A stretch of 25,222 nucleotides of DNA, the filler included, from Dimargaris cristalligena (Eukaryota): assembly GCA_003614675.1 (NCBI GenBank). It is 12 parts of 12 records of this genome, joined end to end, with 100 filler letters (N's around TTAATTAATTAA, not from the genome) between each part and the next. Parts side by side here need not be neighbours in the genome. Positions count along the whole stretch, not along the records: positions 8,469 to 10,484 come from ML004420.1; positions 10,585 to 12,595 come from ML004421.1; positions 12,696 to 14,706 come from ML004422.1; positions 14,807 to 16,812 come from ML004423.1; positions 16,913 to 18,917 come from ML004424.1; positions 19,018 to 21,020 come from ML004425.1; 6 more parts are not named here. One strand, given 5' to 3'. The position numbers and the translations under genes were made by a program. The first letter of the stretch is position 1, and every line of letters begins with the position of its first letter. Below the pieces are notes generated by a model, which made no database searches, was not told where the DNA came from, and saw nothing but the letters and a program-made list of their open reading frames with translations. This document shows, piece by piece, positions 8,469 to 19,457 of this stretch.

Positions 8469-10484
8469 AGCAGTCTGGATAGCAGCCCTGACATCTTTAG
8501 CTAAAGGATCAGGAGGCAGAGAACAAAAAAGAGGAGATTTGGAAAGGTCACTAGCATATCTAGTAGTATGCAGGACAGAGGCAAGAAGGTGTAAAAGGGA
8601 ATCAGGTGGCAAGGAATTATATCTAAGGTAATACTTGGCAGTAAGGGTCTCTACCCTAATGGCCATAGGTGGAAGGTGTGAAATATGTTATAGGACAGAG
8701 GTGGAAGCAGACTTATAGGCCCCAACCAGCATTCTCAGGCAGGACCCTTGTATCCTTTTGAACTTTTTCAGTAGGCTATCATTCCAGGTGGAGATGGCTA
8801 GGCCATACTCCATAACTGGTCTGATAAGGGAAGCATAGAGCCTGGAACTAAGGTGGAGGTTAAAGCCAGATTTGTTAAGACCAATATGGGAGAAAGCAGA
8901 GAGCCTCTTGATAACCTTAGGGGTAAGGTAATCCAGGAGAGCATTAGTAGAAAGGCCAGAGGTAAGGAAAGGAACCCCTAGGTAAAGGAATGAGTCAACT
9001 GGGGGGAGAAGTTCACCATAGAGGGAGAAGGAGTGGTGGGAAGATGGGCAGAGTACAGCACATTTTGTAGGGCTCCACCGGTAGCCAGTGGCTAAGGAAT
9101 GTTCCTCAGCCAACTTGAGCATCCTGGTAACAGCTGCCACTGAGCCATATAGGGCCACATCATCAGCATAAAGAAGAGAATTAATGGCTCCAGAGGGAGA
9201 ATCAGAGTCAGGAAGAAGGGGAACAATAGGGGTAGTGGGGGTGGCAACAGCCCTTAGAGCAGCTGGGAGGGAGTTAATATAAATGGAATATAGGTGGGGA
9301 CTAAGAACAGAACCCTGAAGTACACCTGTAGAGGGGGAGAAGGGGGTAGAGGAGAAGTTGGACAAGACCACTGAGACTTTGATATCATCAAAGAGGTGGG
9401 CAAGGAGAGAAACAAGAGCAGGTGGAGCAGTAGAAGAGAGGGCTTGCCAAATAATCCTGCGATCAACAGTATCATAGGCAGCCTTGATGTCCAGAAAAAC
9501 AGTTACAGGGTAGTGGTGATGGTGAAAGTAGTACTCCTTAATCAGGTCATGTAAACACAGGGCCTGGTCAAGAGCACTCCTCTGTGGCCTAAAGCCACCC
9601 TGGGCAGGATCAAGAGGGGGAGAGTACATATGTAAAAGTGGAGCTAAACAATACTCAAAAAGCTTCCTAAATACAGAAGTAAGGGAAATGGGCCTGTAGT
9701 TGGCTGGGTCAGCTTTGTCCCCCTTCTTATAGATGGGGAACACCTGGGCCATCCTCCACAGAGGTGAAGTTAGGGACCAGGACCAACACAGGGTAAAAAG
9801 AGGGGCTAGAATATGGGAAAGGGTAGAAGAAATAGGTCTAAGCATCTCAGCCCTGATATGATCAGCCCCAGGAGCCTTGGCTCTAGGGAGGCAAGTGATG
9901 GCATCAGCTATCATAGAGGGGGTAAAAAGAAAGGAAGGTGGGGAAAAGGGGGTGTTAGCTGGACTGAGTGTAGGGGGTCTACTGCTAGGGAGCCACTTAC
10001 CATTAAAGGTAGATGAGAGCTGGGCTGCCATGGTATCTACAGCTGCTTGGGGACCATCAGGGTGGGAGTAGGTAGCCTGTCTCTGACGTCGTCTGTTAAT
10101 TCTGCTGACCTTACACAGGGCTGTAGAAAAATCCTGCTCCAGATCAGAGCAGAACTTGTGCCAGGTAGCCCTCTTGTGTTGGCGGACTAGGTGGCGAAAG
10201 GAGGATTGGGATTCTTGGTAGGCAACCCAGGTGTGGGCCTTGTCAATGCCAGAGGCCTGGCGCCAGAGTCGGTATTGGGAGTTTCGATGTCTAGCAGCTT
10301 GGGCAAGGGAGGGGGACCAACAGGGTGTATGATTAGGAGGGTGGGAGCCCTGGGGGCCAACTGAGGCATCCAGGGATGAGTAGATGGCCTCATTAAGGGA
10401 GGCAGTCAAAGCAGGGATATCAGGGGCAGTAGTAGGAGGGTCTGAAACCAGGCAGGTAAGGGTATGTAGGAGGGGGGTAGAGGT
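8469..10484 (-). mobile_element. Non-LTR retrotransposon (LINE) reverse transcriptase fragment with one in-frame stop
   Basis: One reading frame spans the whole contig: KAPGADHI, W-MAQVFPIYKKGD, NYRPISLTS, QGGFRPQRSALDQ, FLDIKAAYDTV, GVLQGSVLSPHLYSIYIN, LYADD, YLGV, RPVMEYGL. TAA at 8690-8688 is followed in frame by HISHLPPMAIRVETL... Confidence 0.95.
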
Positions 10485-10584
10485 NNNNNNNNNNNNNNNN
10501 NNNNNNNNNNNNNNNNNNNNNNNNNNNNTTAATTAATTAANNNNNNNNNNNNNNNNNNNNNNNNNNNNNNNNNNNNNNNNNNNN

Positions 10585-11240
10585 CAATATTACTAGTTAA
10601 AAATAAAATTCCCATATATTCTCCCATACACATATAATGCAAACCCTTATATAGCTGGGCTGAATTTCACCCATATGCTTATTTTTAGTGTCCTATATAT
10701 TTCCGCCAATCCATACTACCAGTTTAAAGAGGATCCGGCGAACTAATAATTAACAGGGAGATGAACGAAAGTGTCGCCTCAAGCAGAAAATGAGCTGGTG
10801 CTAATGAACCAGCGAGTCAAGGCTGACGCAATTACTGGGAAGCTTTATGATAAATGGTCGGCCAGGCATAGTTGACAATTATTATTATCCTTAGATGGGT
10901 CACAATATATATATAATATGATGATAAAATGGTATATGTAAATATGGCAAGTAGACCCAGGGCTATGCTACAGTATAGGGGAAGCCAGCGGCTTCAAAAC
11001 GCGAGTACTCGGTCAACCGGAGGACACTGTGACGGCCAAATCCTCCTCTCCCTTTCGTTTTCCCTATCGGCTGGCTGCTTCCAATGCACCTTCACCGTAG
11101 GCACTGCCAAAACGAATGAATATGGGTGAAATTCGGCCCAGCTATAGAAGGGTTTACATTATACGTGTATGGGAAAATATATGGGAAATGTATTTTTAAC
11201 TAGTAATATTGGTTGAATCTAATGGATTTTTCGTTATACA
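10585..11240. mobile_element. Non-autonomous TIR element (MITE / foldback-like), left end cut by the contig edge
   Basis: 92-bp inverted repeats 10585-10676 and 11120-11211 with 7 mismatches by hand alignment, around a non-coding core of about 440 bp. The right TIR extends to about 11240 by homology with 23223-23339. Confidence 0.8.
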
Positions 11241-11847
11241 GCTTGGATGAACTTCTCCCATATGGAAATGTGGTTTCACCCTAAAGTTGGGCCCGCTGCG
11301 ATGCTTCAATACAACCGACAGGGAAGGGAAGACCATCATTGCACTAAGCTAACTTAATTGGTTTAGCCTGGCTTTAAAAAAAAATGGGCCAACCAAGACA
11401 ACACCATGACCTTTTGGTAAAATGTATCGACTACTGTGCATGGCGCTGTATCTTCCAAGTTTCGTATATTATACTACCACATTTAGTAGACCATTTAATG
11501 TTTAACGAAATGAACCGGATTGGTCTGTGCCCCCTCCACTCCCCCCCCCATACACATGAACGGCAAATAACTCGGGGCCTTGGAACACACTTGGTCTACC
11601 ACATGCTTTGAACCGTATCCCCCACTTCCTTTCACAGGCACCAGGCCGTTTAGTCCACGTCTTTTATAAGCGGACCACTCCGCCTCTGCTTCACCAGCTT
11701 TCTTATCGAATACCCATCATTTCGCCCAGCCTGTGGAAATTTTAATTTACAGTGGATTCTTTTTGAACCGCCTTCTCCAATCTCCGACCTCCTCTTACCG
11801 TCTTAATATTTTCCTAATACTCTGCCCGACAATTCTTTAAACTAATC

Positions 11848-12595
11848 ATGCGGCTATCTACTATTATAATGACCACCTTGGCTGTCGCAGGTGTCGGCCA
11901 ACTCAATACCAAGGCCTATCCGGTTTCCACGCCTGACTCGCCGGAACCTGAAACTGCGGTGGATAATACCTCTGTGTCGCGGAGCTCGAATGCCCTAACT
12001 GTGAAACCGGTGGTGCCAGCGTTATGGGGGGCATTGTATCCACTAACGGAGGAACAGCCGGGTACGAAGTGCGAGGCTATTAGCCAGGCACTGTATAATG
12101 TACTTGACGCCCCTAAGAGTTTCCTTAACGCATTGAAGAAGGGCAAGACTGGTTTTACCAAGAAATCCCGACGCCAGCAGGACAGCGAATATGTAAGTGG
12201 CAGAGTCGATGGCTATTTGTTTCATTCCGTACTAATCCATGAGACTTCCATTGCATGGATATGTACCCCAAAGTCCACTTTTATACTGGTATATCATACA
12301 GTGGGACCCATACTCTCTCACTCATACCTGCCCCCGTCTATCTATCTATCTATATATATATATATATATAACTATATTTCTCAATGATAGATTTTTCGTC
12401 GGTTAATCAACTACCTGTTATCGGGGGAAGATGCCCAATGCATGGGGCCAGTGGTGAACCGACTACGTACTTCTGGCCCCAAACGATCCGCCCCGGTCTA
12501 CGACTATTTTTTGGGTATGGCGGCCATTGAACCTAGTGACAAATGGGTGGAACAGTTCCTACGGATTGACCAATTCGATCAGCACACTCTAGTGA
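11848..12595 (+). CDS. Secreted protein (signal peptide) of unknown function, 2 exons visible; 3'-truncated
   Basis: MRLSTIIMTTLAVAGVGQLNTKA-YPV signal peptide. Exon 1 11848-12192; intron 12193-12390 (GTAAGT...TAG, containing a (CTAT)n/(TA)n microsatellite); exon 2 from 12391 in frame (IFRRLINYLLSGEDAQCMGPVVNRL...). Confidence 0.75.
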
Positions 12596-13071
12596 NNNNN
12601 NNNNNNNNNNNNNNNNNNNNNNNNNNNNNNNNNNNNNNNTTAATTAATTAANNNNNNNNNNNNNNNNNNNNNNNNNNNNNNNNNNNNNNNNNNNNGGGAG
12701 GGGAGTTCCCAGACAATCATATTAGCCATCACAAAGGATAGGTAATACTTGGGTAACCAATAAATTCAATGTGAAAAAATAGAAGGGAAAAAGAGAAAGC
12801 TATTCTTAACTGTACTTTGAACAGGGGCACAGGCGAGCCAGGGGCAGTGTGAATGCAGGGGTACAGTCTGGTCAGAGGCAGGGGTGCATCATAGTTAAAG
12901 GTATATAATATACTAATAGAATAAATACTATACTAATGAAAATGGAGAGAAAATGACTATATTTATCAGGGGCATACTTCCAATAAGTGATAAAAATAAA
13001 TAAAAAATAAAAGTAGGTAAAAATGTGGTAAGTTCACCATACAGGGAATAATAAGCTGAGGAATTTAACTG

Positions 13072-13400
13072 GTCCCAGTGGGGTCTGGTTATATAGATAT
13101 ATGGACAGCTCCAGAGGGAGGTCCCAAGGGGAGAATACTACTAAGGTTATAGGATAGGTAAATAGGCCAACTGGATAGTTGCAGGTATCCAGAAGACTCT
13201 AAAGGTAGCTGGAAAAGTCTTCAGATTTACACTTGAGTAATTGGTGTGAAGAGGTAGAGTCCAGAAGGGGAAGGGTTATATAATATAGGATGATCCCATA
13301 GTACCAGGGGTGACCATGGGAAAGCTAATATGGTACTATAAGGCCTAATATGGTTGGATATTTAAGCTAGCTGCATTAGGGTAGATTAGATGGGCCAGTA
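13072..13400. mobile_element. Degenerate copy of LTR family A
   Basis: Collinear with about 13704-14032: GTCCCAGTGGGG, GCTCCAGAGGGAGGTCC, CATAGTACCAGGGGTGAC, TAATATGG-ACTATAAGGCC. Confidence 0.8.
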
Positions 13401-13451
13401 TATATATAAAAGGCTATAGATGGCTTTATGGTAAATAAATAGGACTAGCCA

Positions 13452-14032
13452 TGTCACCCAGGTTAACCACTCTTAGTCCATCAAGAGTCCCAAGGATAGG
13501 CTTCTAACAGTAGGTGGGGCTTAGACTCAGCCAAGCAGGCTACTAGTATTAGGATGGGGTGTAGTACTAACCAATAAAGGATAAGTGCAGGTAAAATGCA
13601 AGGGACAGGCAGTAGACACACTTACTAGTTAGCGCCAGGGGGAATGAGCATATAGAGTTTATTGAGGTAAACTGGGGGATATGAATAAGCTACCCTTGAA
13701 CCAGTCCCAGTGGGGCCTGGTTATATATATATAGGGAAAGCTCCAGAGGGAGGTCCTAAGGGAAATACTACTATGGCTAAGGTGTGGATAAGTAAAGAAT
13801 CTGACTAGATGGCTTTGCATCAGGAGGACTCTCATGGGAACTGGAAGAGTCTTGGATTAGTGAGCTGAGTATTTGGAGTACAAAGAGTTGGGGTTGAATG
13901 AGTGGGGTTACATAATAAAAGATGACCTCATAGTACCAGGGGTGACTATGGGAGCGTTAATATGGCACTATAAGGCCAAAATGGGATGGGTAATTATTAG
14001 GTCTGGATTAAGTCAGATTTAGAGGGCCGACA
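13452..14032. mobile_element. Solo LTR, family A (581 bp), TSD AGCCA
   Basis: Begins TGTCAC and ends CCGACA (TG...CA, inverted TGTC/GACA). AGCCA directly flanks both sides (13447-13451, 14033-14037). Both termini recur at 14647-14706 and 14807-14875. Confidence 0.9.
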
Positions 14033-14417
14033 AGCCAGACCAGCTTTACTGGTAAAGGGTTATTTCCCTGCTTATATTACTTATAATAGTTTTATCATAA
14101 TGTTATATAACTTTATTAGATTTTGCCCAAGTTCCTCTAGAATATCCTAATCTGGCTAATCATGCCTCATCTTAGTAAGTTTAATTAGTACCTATTAAAG
14201 ATCAATAGCTTATAATCAATGTTGAAACTTGTCCCTATAGATACCCTCCCTAGTATGTGTCCTAGGCTTAGGTACACACTTTTTACATTTAAAGTTCACC
14301 CCAACTAATCATAAATCCTGGTTGATGGACACCCCCAGTCAATAGATTGCTAGACAATGCACTCAACTGTAGGACTAGTGTGACCAATTATTGGGACAAA
14401 ACACATTTATTGATATA

Positions 14418-14646
14418 TTAGAAGGAAGTGTGGTAACGATTTGTATGAAAAGTATTAATGTGACCCATAAGATATTCTTTGTTGGAGAATCTTACTTTAC
14501 ACATTGTGCAGGCAAAGAGGGGTTTTTCCTCATTCTGTGATTTTAAATGATCATAATAATATTTAGAGCCAGTGAATCTATGAGGGCAATATATACAGGA
14601 TAAGTATTCCATAGCCTGGTGCGATTTTAAATGCTTATAGTAATAA
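14418..14646 (-). pseudogene. C2H2 zinc-finger array remnant truncated by an LTR insertion
   Basis: YYYKHLKSH-QAMEYLS-CIYCPHRFTGSKYYYDHLKSQ-NEEKPLFA-CTMCKVRFSNKEYLMGHINTFH: tail of one finger, one finger with the last His replaced by Gln, one intact finger and an EKP linker. The frame abuts the LTR at 14647. Confidence 0.7.
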
Positions 14647-14706
14647 TGTCGCCCCTCCTAATCCGTCCTAATCCAACCGATATGACCGCCGTCATATCAG
14701 GCCGTA
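14647..14706 (-). mobile_element. Terminus of a CpG-retaining LTR family A copy (inverted relative to 13452-14032)
   Basis: Reverse complement TACGGCCTGATATG...GGATTAGGACGGATTAGGAGGGGCGACA matches the ends of the 13452-14032 and 21236-21454 copies. Confidence 0.75.
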
Positions 14707-14806
14707 NNNNNNNNNNNNNNNNNNNNNNNNNNNNNNNNNNNNNNNNNNNNTTAATTAATTAANNNNNNNNNNNNNNNNNNNNNNNNNNNNNNNNNNNNNN
14801 NNNNNN

Positions 14807-14875
14807 GCCCCGCCTACTGTTAGAAGCCTACCCCCGAGACTCTTGACGGACTAAGAGTGGTTAACTCAGGCGACA
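14807..14875 (-). mobile_element. Opposite terminus of a CpG-retaining LTR family A copy (inverted)
   Basis: Reverse complement matches 13452-13520 at 59/69 positions with no gaps. Confidence 0.9.
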
Positions 14876-15530
14876 TTACGCTCATTTGACAAATCCACAT
14901 ATCACAATGACTAAACGAGCTGTAGTGCACATGCATAAAGATCTGGTGGAAAATATATTGTAACTATAGAAAAGACAAAATGACATTAAATTGGGTCAAC
15001 CGATAGGAAGAAAGAAGATAACGGGAAATATAAGTAACTATATTGGACACTAGAGCTCAGACCTTTTACTTTAGGGAAAGATCTAATTTCATAAATTTTC
15101 TTTCCTCTCCTCAATTGGTATAATAAGTTCGCAAATCAAAATATTGGGTATTCCCTATAACTTTGCCTATAGCATTGGTTATTGCACCTAGTTTATTTTA
15201 TTATTTCAAAAATAGATACGTAGAAAATCTGGATTGTCTCGTTCCTTCTCCAAATTATCTGAATAGCATGGTATAATCATGCCCTGTCTTCAAAAATCTC
15301 ATTGATCTGGCGATTCGGCAGAACCGACTGCCGAGATAACTGGCACTACAAAAACAGTACCAGTGGTGGTATTGACCAATACATATTAGTAAAGAACACC
15401 AGGTGGTAGTAACGGTAAAACGATAATATAGTGCCAGGTACTAACCCGTGGGTAACTTATAGGAATCAATTTTGGGGTAAGCCGGATAGTAATCCTCCAA
15501 GGAGTAAACGGCTCGTAACCTGGAGGTATT

Positions 15531-15789
15531 TGTTAGAATGGGAAATTTAAGGGTAAATGCAATTAGATTCAAATGTAACTATAAAGATTTAAAGAAGAGA
15601 GAAAGGACCGCAAGGGGCAAAGCTAGACACCCGCGGTTGGCTTTATTGGGTTGGAAATAGTAGTATTGATGATAAAAACGTTGTTTCGAATATGGGATGA
15701 TATAATCCTAGATATGGTATAGTCCCGAGTATAGGACGAACCAATCAGAATGGTGGAATCGGTGGGGCGGGAGAAATGAATTTCCAACA
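15531..15789. mobile_element. Solo LTR, family B (259 bp), TSD GTATT
   Basis: TGTTAGAA...TTCCAACA termini; GTATT at 15526-15530 and 15790-15794; homologous to 21681-22363. Confidence 0.9.
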
Positions 15790-18676
15790 GTATTTATATA
15801 CAACCGAACGATCCCAAGAAAAGGTTTAATACTAGTAAAGGAGAGTTGGAATATATAATCCGGTATCAGGAAGGCTGTGGAAAATGGGTGGGCACTTTGA
15901 CCTTCACTACGACTATGATGGGCGATCTCCTAACATGTTGGCCGGGTTAAATAGTCAATTGACATGGTGCACCAGGTGTTGCTATGGGATAGGTGGTATG
16001 AGAAAATAAGACCTGATTCTAGCGGCGACTGGGGCAGAAGTCTAGTCATCATTAATTTGTGTGGCATGCTAATTTAGTCTAAGGCTTCACATAGTTTTCG
16101 CTGGTCCGATGGCTATTCTGGCCCACCTAGAATGGGCTCTAAGGAAACATGGACTTACAACGACATCACTGATTATTGAATTACTTGCATATTGGTTGCA
16201 TAAGCTATACCCCTCTCACTATGCTCCGGTCTTCTTCGTACTCGACAAGCAAACAAAACCGACTTTTGGTGCGGCAAATCCACCATACCACAGCCAGACA
16301 GCCTAATCTTGCGCCTACTGTTTTCCTAGCCAGTACACCTCCCTTATTGGTGTGACCCATGCCTCTCACCAAATCTCTAATATATAGTTGCATCATATAT
16401 TGCATGGAAGTAACGACTTATGCAAGAGTATGCGATGTGGTTGCGCCGCCCTTCCAACCAACCATTATCACCCCTCCCCCCTCTCCAACGAAATACGTTA
16501 ATAATAAGTGAGATGGTGTTCAGCAATGGTTAATAAATATCAGACGTGGTCCTCCTCAATCGAACAGTGCATCTCTTTCTTTTAGCGATATTTTTTTAAG
16601 ATATTGACCCGCCTCCGTAAAAGGTTGTTCCACTCTAAAAGCTATTATATTATCTTCCATTGACGGTCGGACTTAACCTGTAACATTGTTTCGCTTACCG
16701 ATATGAGTAACTCGGCTTTCTCCAAATGTATCAGCCAGAAATTTCCGCTGTCTATATTACCAATTACAGAAAACTTCGCCCAAGATTACAATGGGGTCAG
16801 AGCGCCGCTTGANNNNNNNNNNNNNNNNNNNNNNNNNNNNNNNNNNNNNNNNNNNNTTAATTAATTAANNNNNNNNNNNNNNNNNNNNNNNNNNNNNNNN
16901 NNNNNNNNNNNNAAAAGTAATATTACAATCTAAAAGACATTTATGTCAAGAAGTATATGTCCCAGAAACATATATAAACATTTGTTTACCCCACAAAAAT
17001 AGTAGAAAGCAAAAATATATGAACAGATATAAAAATAAATAAGTGGCGTAACATACCTTGCCATAAGCCCATTTAATGGGCTTTACTATGGGTGAACGTG
17101 GATCGGCAACAGGGTAGTCCCTGTTGACCCGATCTTGATTTCTTAATAATATTCTCTTGATAAATGTCATGTTACAATATTGTGGATGTGAACGGGTTTT
17201 CTGATGACCATAGCAGGTGGGGAGATGGCCACATTTATACCGAGTGGTGCCATATATCACCCAGGCCAGTGTAACGGTCATCGCAGGCTGGATAGGGGTG
17301 ATGCTATACTGAATAGCACCAAATGGACTCGCCACAGGGTCAAGAAGACCAAGCTGTCATATGGGCCACATATTTTTTATTATTCATTATTAAACAAAAG
17401 CTAGTGTATTGTGTTTGATGATCGTGAATTTAACCTGGAATCATCCACCGTGGAAAAGAATGTGAGCATTATTTACGGGATGGAAGAACCATAGTATCCT
17501 TGGTCACCCTAGGCCAGTTGGCAAGCGGTTTTCCCACCCTCTATGAATTTAATGGAACACACAGTTCCTTCAGTTTGGGTGGCCGAGTCATCGGAAAGGG
17601 ACATAAGGCAGAAGCATCTATATATTCCATGTAGTTCCCAATTGTAGACAATTCAGCATTGTCTATCGGCCAAAGTCATTACACACAGCTACACGACTCG
17701 GTTACATTGTGAATACCACCTTTGCAATATTCCTGAAGGTCCCAGGGTCGGGAGTGAACCTATTCCGAAAGAACGGCGGCTTATTCACTGGGCAAGTATT
17801 ATTCCCCCATTTGTTCCGACAATTCTTCATATTAGCGCGTTGATACAGCGCCACCAGGGCCGCCGTGTACCAGCCCGACCACCCCTGCCAACGGACTCGT
17901 GACCAGGCCACCACAAGCGCCTACTCCTCCCTTGGTATCGATTGGGCCCAAGACCACTTCGTCAATTAACAGGGATCATGATTAGTACTCCAGCAAAAAA
18001 GTGAATGATTTCCTCGCCCCGATATGGCTCCTTAGATGACTACATTCCTATCCGCTTATTATTATCTTCTATGTTAGGCATCATTCCTACTTCATCGCTA
18101 CTATTAATAAAACCACTCGTCTATACTCGTTAATCAACAAATGCACCACCACCCGCTCGTGCAGTGGGCGATAACAGTGATGTCTTCTTGCCTTACCTTC
18201 ACTGGCTTTTATGAATCATTCTAAAATCGGCATTCTTTATCATCGTGATAGATAAATATAACATCCATAGCATTGTGTGGAAGTCCGGGGGACTGACTAC
18301 TGCTAACATATACAGTAAAGGAAGAATTTAGGATAATAACCCGGTGGCATCAGCCCCAGTACATGAAATAGTCGTGAAATGTCAGATGCAGGATCTAAAA
18401 GCGACAATGTTGCTGTGGTTATGATAAGAACTCTGGATTATAAACTAAGGAGTATTTGGGGAGGGCGGTCTCACATTGCGTGAATTATATTTTATTTTAG
18501 TAAATTAAATAACGGCAAGGTGTAAAGCACATTCACCTTAGTTAGGGTACAATGCTTTGACAAAGAACTTCCATTCTACTGTGGGTGCACTGGTGAATAG
18601 GGTAGCAGGGTGTTCAGTTACTTAATTCGACGGCCATAGTATATATACGGAGGGGGAGAGAGAAATATCTTTTATT

Positions 18677-18917
18677 TTATGCAGTTGGTCTTCTCTGTCT
18701 TATCCGCCGCTGGTGTCCTGAAAAATGAACCACAGTTGGCTTCGGTTTTCCACCGCCACTCTGGAAATCGTTTTTGTCCAAGATGGATACCACATTGATG
18801 CCTACGCCAACCTCATCGCGTGTCTGGAGCCGCTCCCCACCTCTTTCTTCTCCGCTGGATGAAGGGTCGGACCATTTGGCGTCAGCGGCTGCCTCTTGCA
18901 CAATCATGGTATTGCTG
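18677..18917 (-). CDS. Probable 3' end of an unidentified gene
   Basis: Frame open from the contig edge (SNTMIVQEAAADAKW...RQRRPTA*), GC-richer than its flank, with AATAAA right after the stop. No domain recognised. Confidence 0.4.
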
Positions 18918-19457
18918 NNNNNNNNNNNNNNNNNNNNNNNNNNNNNNNNNNNNNNNNNNNNTTAATTAATTAANNNNNNNNNNNNNNNNNNNNNNNNNNN
19001 NNNNNNNNNNNNNNNNNATGCCTTGGCTCACAATACTCCAGAATATCGATTTTTGGAGTATTGATGACCATCCAGTCATTTACATGATTAACTCAGTCTT
19101 ATCACTATAGCCAATTCGCCAAGCACAAGTCCGCCTATACTAGACTATGGGCAATTCCCATATTAGGTTTAATTTGGGTGGGATGAAGCGGCTCCTTCCC
19201 ACTACTAAACTACGTGTCTGCTTATAATTCCACTTAAGCCAGAACCCCCAAAACAGTGCATGTCCAGTCAATTCGGGTTGCACGAATAATTGGGTTTTTA
19301 TTACCCCCGTGTAGGGTCCGAGAGCCACCAAACATAGACAAGTAAAGGTGAGCTTGAGCAGCGAGAGGAGTCAATAAAAAAATCGTAGATGGATGGAACG
19401 GTGAAGTTGAGTGGGATGTAGTCGACTAGGGTCAGTGTGGCCCAGATAGGCCGGTTA

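Noticed and set aside
4236-10484. Linkage of UNG, D5, ARID protein and RT into one system (e.g. a retron-like or provirus locus)
   Set aside because: They lie on three separate contigs whose adjacency reflects only length sorting. The RT is an ordinary LINE type.
14647-14875. LTR-A ends on either side of the linker as one insertion spanning the gap
   Set aside because: The flanks differ (AATAA versus TTACG), so there is no TSD, and the zinc-finger frame does not resume in contig 8.
16109-16405. Short ORFs in contig 8
   Set aside because: No motifs or supported splice structure; they lie in repeat-rich intergenic DNA.
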